A stretch of 59,225 bases of DNA from an uncultured Pseudomonadota bacterium (GCA_937862865.1 CALMFJ010000017.1:1-59225); one strand, 5' to 3'. Numbered from the stretch's first letter, positions 1 to 12,018 are shown. Notes: generated from the letters alone by a model not told the origin. Made by a program: numbers and translations.

Positions 1-1
1 C

Positions 2-3000
2 CTCAGGGAATCGGAAGAACGATATCGGGTCGCGGTAGAGTCGTCGAACGACGGCGTTGCGATAGTCCAGGATTTCACGCACGTCTATGTGAACCCGAGG
101 TTCTTGGAAATATTCGGATATTCGAGTACCGACGAGATAAGGGGCACGCGGCAATACATCATCGTCCACCCCGACGATCTCGAAAAGGTGGTTGGCTACG
201 CAACGAAACGGCAAAGAGGCGAGGCCGTACCGGGCAGGTACGAGTTCAAGGGCATCAGGAAGGACGGGTCACCCGTTGACATCGAGGTATCGGCCAACAC
301 GATCACGTACAGGGGCAGGCCCGCAATCCTCGCGTACCTGCGTGACATAAGCGAGAGGAAGAGCATCAACGATGAGCTGACCCGCAATGTGTCCCGCCTG
401 AAAAGGCTCGTCGACATCCTGCAGCACCCCTCGGAGAGCATCCAGGAATTCCTCGACTACGCTCTCGAACAGGCGATCGAGCTCACCGGGAGCAAGATCG
501 GTTACATCTATTATTATCACGAGGACCGCAAGGAATTCATCCTCAACACATGGTCAAAAGACGTCATGCCTGAGTGCGCGGTCGCCAATCCGCAGACACG
601 GTACGAACTTGACAAAACAGGTGTCTGGGGTGAGGCCGTCAGGCAGAGAAGGCCTATCGTGCTCAACGATTTCCCCGGCCGCCATCCCCTCAAGAAAGGG
701 TACCCCGAAGGCCATGTCGGCCTCCTCAAATTCATGACCGTCCCGGTGTTTAAGGATACGGAGATAGCGGGGGTCATCGGGCTGGCCAATAAAGAGACCG
801 ATTACGGCGAAACGGACGTCCTCCAGGTATCTCTCCTCATGGAAGCCGTCTGGAAGGTGACCGAGCGGCTGATGGCCGAGGAGGCGCTGCGCGAACGGAC
901 GAAGGAACTCCGGTGCCTCTATTCCGTGGCCAACTGCGTTGAAAAATATCAAGCCGTTGATGCCATGCTGCAGCACATTGCCGACGTGATCCCGTCGGGA
1001 TGGTTCTACGCCGAGAGGGCATACGCAATGATAATCCTCGACGGCAGGGAGTTCAAGACCTCAAATTTCCATGAAAGTGAATGGAAGATGAACGCTCCTG
1101 TCATGGTAAATGGGGAGAGGCGGGGATGTGTCGAGGTAGGCTATCTCGATAAAATGGCCGACCGCGACGAGGGCCCGTTCCTCAAAGAGGAAACGGACCT
1201 CATCAACGCGATATGCGAGCGTATAGGAAAGGTCATCGAAAGGAAAGAAGCCGATAAAAAACAGAGGGACAGTGACGAACGCGTCCGCGTCCTGCTTGAC
1301 TCGACGGCCGAGGCCATTTACGGTATCGATCTTGAGGGCAACTGCGTCTTTGCGAACCCGTCATGCGTCAAGATGCTCGGGTATTCTCATGTCGATGACC
1401 TTCACGGCAGGAACATGCACGATCTGATACATCATGCATGGCCGGACGGGCGCCCGATGCCGGTCGAGGACTGCAACATATACCGGGCGTTCCGCCAGGG
1501 AAAAGAGATCCACATCGACGATGAGGTGCTGTGGCGCAAGGACGGCACCAGTTTCCCCGCCGAGTACTGGTCGTACCCCCAGATATTAAACGGGGAAGTG
1601 GTGGGCGCCGTCATAACGTTCTTCGATATCGCCGACCGGAAGAAGGCGGAAAAGGAGATCCTCGAGGGCCGGGAACTCGCAGAGGCGGCGAGCGCGGCGA
1701 AGAGCGAGTTCCTTGCAAACATGAGCCATGAGATCCGCACCCCTATGAACGGGGTCATCGGTATGGCTGGTCTGCTGCTCGATACGGAGTTGACCGATGA
1801 GCAGCGGCACTATGCGGAAACGGTCCGGTCGAGTGCAGAGGTGCTTCTCGCCCTTATAAACCAGATCCTCGATTTCTCGAAGATAGAAGCGGGCAAGCTT
1901 GAGCTTGAGGAACTGGACTTCGATCTTCGTTCCCTTCTCGATGACTTCGCCACGATGTTGTCCGCGCAGGCCCATGAAAAAGGACTGGAACTTATCTGCG
2001 GGGTTTCCCCGGATGTTCCCACTTTCCTGCGCGGCGATCCCGGGCGCCTTCGCCAGGTCCTCACCAATCTTGCGGGCAATGCAGTAAAATTTACGCACAA
2101 AGGAGAGGTCGCCATCCGGGCGAACCTCGTTTCGGAGACGGAAAGCGGGACATGCATCCTCTTCTCCATCAAGGACACCGGCATCGGCATCCCCCCGGAC
2201 AAGCAGGCCATCCTCTTCGAGAAGTTCACACAGGCCGATGCATCGACAACACGCAAGTACGGAGGCACCGGGCTGGGACTTGCCATCGCCAGAGAGCTTG
2301 TGGGAATGATGGGCGGCTCTATCACGCTTGCAAGCGACGTCGGCGCGGGATCGGAATTTTCATTCACCGCCCGTTTTGCGAAACAGCCCGACACGAAACA
2401 GGAACGGGGAACGCCTTCCGTGGAACTCAAAGGCGTTCGCGTTCTCGTAGTCGATGACAATAAGACGAACCGCGAGGTCCTGGCGGGCCAGCTAAAGGCA
2501 TGGGAGTTACGGGTGAACGAGGCGGGTGACGCCCCCGGTGCGATCGAATTGCTCTATGCGGCCGCAGAACAGGGAGACCCGTTCAGAGTAACGATCATCG
2601 ATATCCAGATGCCCGGCATGGACGGTGTCGCCCTCGGGCGGATGATCCTCAGCGACGGAAAGCTCGCCGGCACCCAAACGGTCCTTCTGTCTTCGCTCGG
2701 GCAGCGCGGGGATGCCCGGAAAATGGAAGAAGCAGGTTTTTCGGGGTACCTGACGAAGCCCGTCCGGCAGTCCGAACTCCTGGGCTGCCTCAAGACCGTT
2801 CTGGCATCCGCGGGAGATCGCGGGGAAGGAACCCCCATAGTGACACGCCACACGGTCCGTGAGATGCGGCGAAGCGGGTTGAGAATCCTTATCGCGGAAG
2901 ACAATATCACAAACCAGCAGGTGGCGATGGGAATCCTGAAGAGGCTGGGCTTTCGCTCCGATGCCGTGGCGAACGGCGCGGAGGCTGTCCGGGCCCTCGA

Positions 3001-3661
3001 GACGATCCCGTATGGCCTCGTGCTGATGGATGTACAGATGCCCGAGATGGACGGCCTGGAAGCAACGCGGCGCATACGCGATCCCGGGTCCCCGGTCAGG
3101 GACCACGCGGTGCCGATCATCGCGATGACCGCCCACGCCATGCAGGGGGACAAAGAACGCTGCCTCGAGGCCGGCATGAACGACTATCTGAGCAAGCCCG
3201 TCATGCCGAAAGAACTGGAGAAGATGATCCGTAAATGGGCGAACCCCGATGACAACGGGTTGTCCACTCCCGGGTCGCCGGCAAAAGTCACCGGAAAGAA
3301 AGGCGGGGCCCCGGTCTTTGACGATAAAGTGATGGACGAGTTGCTCATGGACGACCGGGAACTGGCGGTAACGGTACTGCAGGCCTTTCTCGAGGACACT
3401 CCGCGCCAGATCGAAACATTAAAGGAACATGCCGCGGCGGGCGATATCCGGAAAGTTGAACGCGGCGCCCATACAATAAAAGGTGCCGCGGCGAATATCG
3501 GCGCCGAAAGGCTCCGGCTGATCGCGTACGAGATGGAGCTCAGGGGAAAGGCGGACGACCTGCCTTCGATGCAGCAGAAATTGCCCGAACTCGAAGAGAG
3601 CTTCCGTGAACTAAGAGATGTCCTGGAAAGGAAGATAGGGAGGGCCCGAACTTCCGGGTAG
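2..3661 (+). CDS. hybrid sensor histidine kinase/response regulator (PAS-GAF-unassigned module-PAS-HisKA-HATPase-REC-REC-Hpt); 5' end outside window
   Basis: The frame stays open back to nt 2, and [25 protein letters not shown] upstream of the GTG at 89 is PAS-like. H-box [10 protein letters not shown]; ATPase boxes DTGIGI and GGTGLGLAI; two receiver motifs [11 protein letters not shown] and [11 protein letters not shown]; Hpt motif [12 protein letters not shown]. Confidence 0.9.
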   Translation, partial: LRESEERYRVAVESSNDGVAIVQDFTHVYVNPRFLEIFGYSSTDEIRGTRQYIIVHPDDLEKVVGYATKRQRGEAVPGRYEFKGIRKDGSPVDIEVSANTITYRGRPAILAYLRDISERKSINDELTRNVSRLKRLVDILQHPSESIQEFLDYALEQAIELTGSKIGYIYYYHEDRKEFILNTWSKDVMPECAVANPQTRYELDKTGVWGEAVRQRRPIVLNDFPGRHPLKKGYPEGHVGLLKFMTVPVFKDTEIAGVIGLANKETDYGETDVLQVSLLMEAVWKVTERLMAEEALRERTKELRCLYSVANCVEKYQAVDAMLQHIADVIPSGWFYAERAYAMIILDGREFKTSNFHESEWKMNAPVMVNGERRGCVEVGYLDKMADRDEGPFLKEETDLINAICERIGKVIERKEADKKQRDSDERVRVLLDSTAEAIYGIDLEGNCVFANPSCVKMLGYSHVDDLHGRNMHDLIHHAWPDGRPMPVEDCNIYRAFRQGKEIHIDDEVLWRKDGTSFPAEYWSYPQILNGEVVGAVITFFDIADRKKAEKEILEGRELAEAASAAKSEFLANMSHEIRTPMNGVIGMAGLLLDTELTDEQRHYAETVRSSAEVLLALINQILDFSKIEAGKLELEELDFDLRSLLDDFATMLSAQAHEKGLELICGVSPDVPTFLRGDPGRLRQVLTNLAGNAVKFTHKGEVAIRANLVSETESGTCILFSIKDTGIGIPPDKQAILFEKFTQADASTTRKYGGTGLGLAIARELVGMMGGSITLASDVGAGSEFSFTARFAKQPDTKQERGTPSVELKGVRVLVVDDNKTNREVLAGQLKAWELRVNEAGDAPGAIELLYAAAEQGDPFRVTIIDIQMPGMDGVALGRMILSDGKLAGTQTVLLSSLGQRGDARKMEEAGFSGYLTKPVRQSELLGCLKTVLASAGDRGEGTPIVTRHTVREMRRSGLRILIAEDNITNQQVAMGILKRLGFRSDAVANGAEAVRALETIPYGLVLMDVQMPEMDGLEATRRIRDPGSPVRDHAVPIIAMTAHAMQGDKERCLEAGMNDYLSKPVMPKELEKMIRKWANPDDNGLSTPGSPAKVTGKKGGAPVFDDKVMDELLMDDRELAVTVLQAFLEDTPRQIETLKEHAAAGDIRKVERGAHTIKGAAANIGAERLRLIAYEMELRGKADDLPSMQQKLPELEESFRELRDVLERKIGRARTSG

Positions 3662-3673
3662 GGGCATTGTGAA

Positions 3674-3766
3674 TGGCGGAGAGGCAGGGATTTGAACCCT
3701 GGGTACAGCTTTCACCGTACACTCGCTTAGCAGGCGAGCACCTTCGGCCTACTCGGTCACCTCTCC
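3674..3766 (-). tRNA. tRNA-Ser (anticodon GCU)
   Basis: Reverse complement reads GGAGAGGTGACCGAGTAGGCCGAAGGTGCTCGCCTGCTAAGCGAGTGTACGGTGAAAGCTGTACCCAGGGTTCAAATCCCTGCCTCTCCGCCA. It has a 7-bp acceptor stem GGAGAGG/CCTCTCC, anticodon stem CTCGC/GCGAG with loop CTGCTAA, a long variable arm, T-arm CAGGG-TTCAAAT-CCCTG and an encoded CCA. Confidence 0.93.
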
Positions 3767-3782
3767 GTAGGGACTCGGACAC

Positions 3783-3811
3783 AGTATACTGATTTACCCG
3801 GTGAATTGCAA
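3783..3811 (-). promoter_or_regulatory. sigma-70-type promoter for tRNA-Ser
   Basis: On the minus strand, TTGCAA (3811-3806), a 17-nt spacer, then TATACT (3788-3783). The -10 box ends 16 nt upstream of the mature tRNA 5' end. Confidence 0.5.
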
Positions 3812-3833
3812 TAATCTGGCATAACGGGGGCCC

Positions 3834-4808
3834 ATGTCAAACAACCCTGCACAGCGGATGATCGACATCCTGAAAACGCGGCATGACGTGCTGAGGCTCA
3901 CACGCGAGTTCTTTTACGCGCGGGATTACATCGAGGTGGAGACGGCGCACCTTATGGCGACCGCGCCGCCCGACCCCCACATCGATCCCCTTGAGGTCCA
4001 GGTTGCCGGAAAGGGACCGTTCTTCCTCCACACGTCACCCGAGATGAATCTCAAGAAACTCCTGCGATCGGGACACGAAAGGATCTTCGAGATCTGCAAG
4101 GTATGGAGGGTCGAAGACCTCAAAGAGGTCCATAATACTGAGTTTACGATGCTCGAATGGTACCGCGAAGGTTCGTGCCGGGATATCATGGCCGAGACGG
4201 GCGAGCTCGTCGGATATGTCGCGGAACGCCTTCCCGCGATACAAAAGAGAAGGTTCGCCGGCGCCTTCACCACCTACGAGCTTGACCGGCTTTTTGAGGA
4301 CATCCTGGGCTTCGACCCTTTTCCTCTTGACCGGGACGCCCTCTTTGCCGCCCTTGAGGATAAGGGTTTTTTGGGGATTGACGACAAAGATGATTGGAAC
4401 AGCCTTTTTTTCAAGGTTTTCATACAGGAGATAGAAAACGTGCTGCCGGCTGACCGGCCCTATTTCATATACGGGTGGCCCTCTTCTATCTCGACAATGG
4501 CAAAAAAGCGCAACGACAGGCCGAACATGGTCGAGCGGTTCGAGCTGTACATCGGCGGCCTCGAAATTGCAAACGGCTACAGCGAACTGACCGACCCCGC
4601 CGAACAGCGCAGGCGTTTCGAGAATGACAACTGCGAAAGGGCCCGCCTCGGAAAACGGCAATTTCCCCCCGATCAGGCGTTTCTCGATTCGCTTCGATCG
4701 ATACGGCACGACTGCACCGGTGTCAGTGTCGGCATCGACCGCCTCCTCATGGCCCTCCTCGGCAAACAAACGATAGACGAAGTGATCACGGACCGGTTGA
4801 TAATATAA
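3834..4808 (+). CDS. epmA: EF-P--(R)-beta-lysine ligase (PoxA/GenX, truncated class II LysRS paralog)
   Basis: 324 aa, a class II aaRS catalytic core without an anticodon-binding domain. Motifs FFLHTSPE, MLEWY, FELYIGGLEIANGYSEL and GVSVGIDRL. Confidence 0.85.
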   Translation: MSNNPAQRMIDILKTRHDVLRLTREFFYARDYIEVETAHLMATAPPDPHIDPLEVQVAGKGPFFLHTSPEMNLKKLLRSGHERIFEICKVWRVEDLKEVHNTEFTMLEWYREGSCRDIMAETGELVGYVAERLPAIQKRRFAGAFTTYELDRLFEDILGFDPFPLDRDALFAALEDKGFLGIDDKDDWNSLFFKVFIQEIENVLPADRPYFIYGWPSSISTMAKKRNDRPNMVERFELYIGGLEIANGYSELTDPAEQRRRFENDNCERARLGKRQFPPDQAFLDSLRSIRHDCTGVSVGIDRLLMALLGKQTIDEVITDRLII

Positions 4809-4819
4809 AGAAAACGGGC

Positions 4820-4935
4820 GACAGGCAATGGGCTATGGGCAATAGGAAAACCCCGTTACCCATCGTGTTTATCGGTTCCGATCACCCCTCAGCTATTACC
4901 CTGTATCCCCCATTGCCTATCGCCCATCGCCTGTC
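4820..4935. repeat. heptamer-periodic inverted repeat, family 1 (RGGCNAT units), element A
   Basis: Left arm 4820-4846 is GACAGGCAATGGGCTATGGGCAATAGG. The reverse complement of right arm 4909-4935 is GACAGGCGATGGGCGATAGGCAATGGG (23/27 identical). The 62-nt spacer itself contains degenerate units. Confidence 0.85.
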
Positions 4936-4993
4936 ACCTTGCTTCTTTCCATTTCCGGCCCTATATTTAATCAAATTATACGGGAGGTGCGTT

Positions 4994-5518
4994 ATGGGTA
5001 ACGGGGAAAGGGTGAAGGCGCTGGAAGTGGCGCTGAATAATGAGGTCCGGGAGAGGGATTTTTATCTTAAGAATGCGGCAAGAACGAACAATCCCGTTGG
5101 CAGGGCGATGTTTGAACGTATCGCCGAGGATGAGGCGGAACATTACGAGAGGTTGAAACGACTGCACGAAGAATGGACGGCCCGCGGCCGGTGGCCTGAG
5201 ACGCTGCCGCTGACCATTAACCGGACCAACGTCCGCGATATCCTGTTGAACGCGCTTAAGAATGCAGGCAAGGCGGGGGTGGGCGACGCGGATGACCGTG
5301 AGGCGATAAGGACAGGGGCGGAATTTGAGGAAAAAGGCGTTATTTTTTACAAACAGCTCGCCGCATCCTCGACAGATGAGCGTGAAAAGGCCTTTTTCGA
5401 ACTCCTGTCGTCCATCGAGTACGAGCACTATCTCTCGCTCCGGGACGCCGGGGAGTATTTCGATGACCCGGCCGCCTGGTTTCTGAAGGCCGAACATTCC
5501 ACGCTGGATGGCGGATGA
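4994..5518 (+). CDS. rubrerythrin-like / ferritin-like di-iron protein (no rubredoxin domain)
   Basis: RBS GGGAGG lies 7 nt upstream of ATG 4994. Two ExxH di-iron motifs (EDEAEHY, EYEHY). The ORF-track start at 4835 runs through repeat element A and is not credible. Confidence 0.8.
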   Translation: MGNGERVKALEVALNNEVRERDFYLKNAARTNNPVGRAMFERIAEDEAEHYERLKRLHEEWTARGRWPETLPLTINRTNVRDILLNALKNAGKAGVGDADDREAIRTGAEFEEKGVIFYKQLAASSTDEREKAFFELLSSIEYEHYLSLRDAGEYFDDPAAWFLKAEHSTLDGG

Positions 5519-5570
5519 TCCGGGCTTTCCGGAAAAAACATATCCGCTGAAAGATTCTTTAAAAAAGTAC

Positions 5571-5624
5571 TTGACACGAACTATTCTTAGTTAGTATTCT
5601 ATATTAGTTGATAATGGTTATTAT
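5571..5624 (+). promoter_or_regulatory. promoter plus AT-rich Fur/PerR-box-like operator upstream of the Fur-family gene
   Basis: TTGACA (5571-5576), an 18-nt spacer, then TATTCT (5595-5600). This is followed by TTAGTTGATAATGGTTATTATA abutting the ATG; TGATAAT...ATTATA resembles Fur/PerR half-sites. The stretch is strikingly AT-rich in a GC-rich genome. Confidence 0.45.
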
Positions 5625-6035
5625 ATGGAGATAGATCAGCATAAGTCGATGAAGATGACACCGCAGAGGATAGCGATAATGAAATACCTCGACGGAAATG
5701 TGACACACCCCAGTGCAGCCGACATATACGGGTCTCTGCGCGGCGAGTTTCCCACGATGTCCCTGGCAACCGTCTACAATACGATGGAAATTCTGAAAGA
5801 ACAGGGAAGGGTCGTGGAGCTTTCCATAGACCCCGCGAAAAAGCGGTTCGATCCCAATGTCGGGCCGCACCATCACCTGATCTGCACACAATGCAGCAAA
5901 GTCGTGGACATTTTTACCGAATTTCCGCTCGGGCTCACCGAGGATGAGAAGCATGGATTTAAGATAGTCGGCAACCATGTTGATTTCTACGGTATCTGTG
6001 GAGACTGCGCGGCTGCCGAAAAAGAAAGGTCTTAA
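5625..6035 (+). CDS. Fur-family metalloregulator, PerR-like by context
   Basis: 136 aa. N-terminal winged helix (PQRIAIMKYL...SLATVYNTMEIL), HHHLICTQC and C-terminal CGDC metal sites. Flanked by rubrerythrin-like and rubredoxin genes. Confidence 0.85.
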   Translation: MEIDQHKSMKMTPQRIAIMKYLDGNVTHPSAADIYGSLRGEFPTMSLATVYNTMEILKEQGRVVELSIDPAKKRFDPNVGPHHHLICTQCSKVVDIFTEFPLGLTEDEKHGFKIVGNHVDFYGICGDCAAAEKERS

Positions 6036-6059
6036 AAAAACATCAAGGAGGCTTGTATT

Positions 6060-6197
6060 ATGGTCTACACATGTTCAATATGCGGTTACAAATACGATGA
6101 AAGCGTAGAGAAGGCCCCGTTTGAATCGCTTTCGGACGATTGGAGTTGCCCGATCTGCAACGCACCAAAGGACGCTTTCGAAAAATCTGAAGCATAA
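6060..6197 (+). CDS. rubredoxin (45 aa; below the ORF-track length cutoff)
   Basis: Hand translation gives MVYTCSICGYKYDESVEKAPFESLSDDWSCPICNAPKDAFEKSEA, with two CxxC knuckles (CSIC, CPIC) and the conserved DDW. RBS AAGGAGG sits at 6044-6050, 9 nt upstream of the ATG. Confidence 0.9.
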   Translation: MVYTCSICGYKYDESVEKAPFESLSDDWSCPICNAPKDAFEKSEA

Positions 6198-6237
6198 CCC
6201 CCCATACCACCCCATTTAGTTCTCACGCCCCTCAATT

Positions 6238-6271
6238 CCCTCCCGCAACGGGAGGGTCTCGCTTATTCTTC
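6238..6271 (+). terminator. putative intrinsic terminator after rubredoxin
   Basis: Hairpin CCCTCCCG-CAA-CGGGAGGG (6238-6256) followed by the T-rich tail TCTCGCTTATTCTTC. Confidence 0.45.
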
Positions 6272-6348
6272 GGTTGACAACGGCTCTGCGGGAATAGGAG
6301 AATGAGAGAAACGGGAAAACTATAAGCTCATCTGTCAGGGGGGTTGCA

Positions 6349-7317
6349 ATCTTATTCGACGGGCCCTATGTCCTCAATACCGATCCGGCATTCGCCGCAA
6401 TATCGGGGATCAGTCTCTGGTACCACGGGCTTGCATATGCGATAGGGTTCGTCTTTATCTTTCTATGGCTGATCGTCCGGCGCGGATACATCGGGATATC
6501 CTCGTCACGGGCCCTCGATCTTTCGCTTATTCTAGCCGTCTTCAGTCTGCTGGGCGGACGCGCTTTTGACGTTTTTATCTATGAACGAAGCGTGTTCAAC
6601 GGCAAGTACCTGGAAATGGCATCGTTCTGGCACGGCGGGATGGCGATAACGGGGGTCGTGGCAGGGTTGATGGCGGGGGTCCTTCTGTTTTCCCTGCTCT
6701 ACAGGAAACAGTTCATTGCCATCGCCGACGAGGTTATCGTCCCGTTTTGCCTTCTGCTCCTCATGGTCCGGATCGGCAACCATCTGAACGGTGAACTGTA
6801 CGGGTCCGTCACCGGCGCGTGGTGGGGGGTCAGATACCCCGGCATTGAAGGGTTCAGGCATCCCGTAGCGCTGTACGAGGCGCTCAAGGGCCTCATCGTA
6901 TTCTTTATCCTTCTCGTCATTGCGGGGCGCGCCGAAAGCGGCCGGGGCAAGACAACGGGCCAGTTCTTCCTCTGGTCCGGGCTCGGGTCTTTTATTATCG
7001 ATTATTTCGGTGTATCATCCGGCCATCTTGCCTTGAACCCAGGGACGCGGCAATTCTTTTCTGTTCTTGTCGCCATCCTCGGCCTGCTGATCATCTTGCA
7101 CACAGCAAGAAAACCGAGAAAGAAATATTCCGATCTCAATACAATGCAATTTGCACCCATTTCTTTCAGAAAACGAAGGTCTATGGGAAGGGGGGCTGTA
7201 TTCCTGAAGATCGTGCTGTTTGCGGTCATTCTCGTCTTCTGCCTTACCCTCCCGGGCGCAAGGGCCCAACAGTCGCTCAAGGACCCCGCTTCACCGCCAT
7301 TCAATCAGGCAATCTGA
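6349..7317 (+). CDS. lgt: prolipoprotein diacylglyceryl transferase; start codon unresolved (frame open from 6298, first ATG/GTG/TTG only at 6592)
   Basis: Lgt motifs: DPAFAAISGISLWYHGLAYAIGF (N-terminal TM1, encoded upstream of 6592), WHGGMAI, RIGNHLNGELYG, HPVALYE. The start given here is a candidate ATC preceded by AGGGGGG with a 5-nt spacer. Confidence 0.75.
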   Translation: MLFDGPYVLNTDPAFAAISGISLWYHGLAYAIGFVFIFLWLIVRRGYIGISSSRALDLSLILAVFSLLGGRAFDVFIYERSVFNGKYLEMASFWHGGMAITGVVAGLMAGVLLFSLLYRKQFIAIADEVIVPFCLLLLMVRIGNHLNGELYGSVTGAWWGVRYPGIEGFRHPVALYEALKGLIVFFILLVIAGRAESGRGKTTGQFFLWSGLGSFIIDYFGVSSGHLALNPGTRQFFSVLVAILGLLIILHTARKPRKKYSDLNTMQFAPISFRKRRSMGRGAVFLKIVLFAVILVFCLTLPGARAQQSLKDPASPPFNQAI

Positions 7318-7475
7318 TACAAATTTGTTCGTTGAACGATGACAATCCGGTCAAGAAACACGCTGAATGGCAGCGATTCGATGCAAATATGTCCTTTGAC
7401 CGCAAAAACCGATCAACAATACAAAAAATACGGGCAATGTGATGCACGGGGGCCCTTGCCATGGCCTGAAAACCC

Positions 7476-7504
7476 TTGACTCGCTCACGTTCTTTTGTTA
7501 CGAT
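7476..7504 (+). promoter_or_regulatory. sigma-70-type promoter for carB
   Basis: TTGACT (7476-7481), a 17-nt spacer, then TACGAT (7499-7504), about 30 nt upstream of ATG 7534. Confidence 0.5.
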
Positions 7505-7533
7505 GCAGAGCAAATCCGAAAGGAAATCCCCCC

Positions 7534-10746
<3,213 letters not shown>

Positions 10747-10767
10747 GTATTCTGTATCGAACTTTGA

Positions 10768-10806
10768 GCCTCCGTTTGCCGAAAGGCGGCGGGGGCTTTC
10801 TTATTT
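10768..10806 (+). terminator. putative intrinsic terminator after carB
   Basis: Imperfect GC-rich hairpin GCCTCCGTTTGCC-GAAA-GGCGGCGGGGGC followed by TTTCTTATTT. Confidence 0.45.
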
Positions 10807-10837
10807 GTAAGGCGTGAGGGTGTGAGAGTCTCTTTTT

Positions 10838-11383
10838 TTACTTACCCGACGCGCATTTCGTTTGGAGGTAGTCGTAGATCTCGTGCAGACTGGCAAACAG
10901 GGGGTGGTCTTCGCGTTCGTTCCAGGGGTTTTTGAGGCCGGCGCGGATGATGCCGGCCGAGCGCGCCTTGTCGAGGGTCACCGGGCTGTCATCGATGATG
11001 GCCCAGCACCAGTCGAAAAGGACGGACTTGTCGTAGCTTAAGTGTATCTCGTCAAAGGGAAGGGCATTCTTCTCGAGCCACCTGCGCGTGGCAGGAAGGG
11101 TCTCTTTTTCCCTGTGGCTGGCGATCACGATATAAAAACCGTTTTCCTTGAGCCTGCCCAGAAACCCCCGGGCCTCATTGTACGGTTGGAAACGGTCCTG
11201 CTCCATATGAACGTCCCGGATGGCACGATAAAGTCTTTCCGGTGAAATGAGCCCTTTCCAGAAACTCCATGAATGCCATTGCGAGGGGTCGGGGAACCCC
11301 GGATGGATCTTGTGAAGCCGGGCATAAAGGGCCGGGGCGAAATCCCACAGGGTGTTGTCGATATCGATAATTATCTTTCTCAT
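10838..11383 (-). CDS. HAD-superfamily hydrolase (5'(3')-deoxyribonucleotidase-like)
   Basis: DxDxT motif at the N-terminus (MRKIIIDIDNTLWDF), later IIDDSP. The internal ATG at 11383 is preferred over 11461. Confidence 0.65.
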   Translation of the reverse strand: MRKIIIDIDNTLWDFAPALYARLHKIHPGFPDPSQWHSWSFWKGLISPERLYRAIRDVHMEQDRFQPYNEARGFLGRLKENGFYIVIASHREKETLPATRRWLEKNALPFDEIHLSYDKSVLFDWCWAIIDDSPVTLDKARSAGIIRAGLKNPWNEREDHPLFASLHEIYDYLQTKCASGK

Positions 11384-11517
11384 TCGTGCGCGTATTATAC
11401 CATAGATCGTCATGTGCCGGACAAAGAGGCGGTAGCGGGAACTCCCCGGCACTGTCTCCAAAAAAGTCAGGGAAGCGGGGGTACAGACAGGATTGCCCGG
11501 ATATTTCAGAATGAAAT

Positions 11518-11541
11518 AAGGGGAGAAGTTCTTCTCCCCTT
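11518..11541 (-). terminator. intrinsic terminator hairpin after the small Lys-rich gene (palindromic, could act on both strands)
   Basis: AAGGGGAGAAG-TT-CTTCTCCCCTT, a 9-11 bp stem with T-rich tracts on both sides, 30 nt downstream of the stop at 11571. Confidence 0.6.
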
Positions 11542-11570
11542 AACATTTTTGCTTTTCTCCGGTTAACCGC

Positions 11571-11834
11571 TTATTTTGCCTCTGCCGGCTTCTCCTCGGG
11601 AGGGGCTGCCTTTTTTGCTTTTTTCACCTTTTTGGCTTTTTTCGGCTTTTTTGCCTTTTTGGCTTTCTTTACCGGTTTTTCCTTCGGTGCGTCAACCTTT
11701 TCCGGCGGAGTGGCCGGGCCCGCGGGTGTCGCCGGGGTTGCAGGTGTCGCCTTTTTCTCGTCGGCGGCAAAGCCTGTCAATGTTAAGGAAAGACCGATCA
11801 CCAGTGCGAAAATAAAAACCAATGCCTTCTTCAT
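11571..11834 (-). CDS. small secreted low-complexity protein (signal peptide, PAT repeats, polylysine tail)
   Basis: RBS AAGGAGGTGA lies 6 nt upstream of the ATG. Signal peptide MKKALVFIFALVIGLSLTLTGFA; then TPATPATPAGPATP and KKAKKAKKPKKAKKVKKAKK. A terminator follows. Confidence 0.7.
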   Translation of the reverse strand: MKKALVFIFALVIGLSLTLTGFAADEKKATPATPATPAGPATPPEKVDAPKEKPVKKAKKAKKPKKAKKVKKAKKAAPPEEKPAEAK

Positions 11835-12018
11835 GCTGTTTCACCTCCTTTTTTTGGTATTGTTGTATTAAAACCATATATATACCACCGCCGAAATAAA
11901 TGATAGGAAAAAATAGAAAAACTTTATAGGGCAGGGGCCTAAGATACATACAGGCAGCCGGAGCTTTACGATACGATAATCGCGAAGGAATAGGGCGGGC
12001 GCGGCTGAAGGGTGCTCA

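Noticed and set aside
3662-3833. tRNA-Ser as a possible integration hotspot (genomic island or prophage boundary).
   Set aside because: There is no integrase, no direct repeat of the tRNA 3' end, and no compositional break. The flanking genes (sensor kinase, epmA) are ordinary chromosomal genes.
4835-4993. N-terminal extensions proposed by the ORF track through repeat elements or gene overlaps. Examples are 4835 for the rubrerythrin-like gene, 50058 for hom, 23017 for livF, 40799 for hpf and 57591 for dctM.
   Set aside because: The extensions lack RBSs. They run through repeats or upstream genes and add non-conserved sequence. Internal starts with good RBSs match the family N-termini.
11576-11871. 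Two plus-strand ORFs (79 aa each) overlapping the small Lys-rich gene.
   Set aside because: They are mirror images of a low-complexity AAG/GCC-rich gene. Only the minus-strand frame has an RBS, a signal peptide and a terminator.
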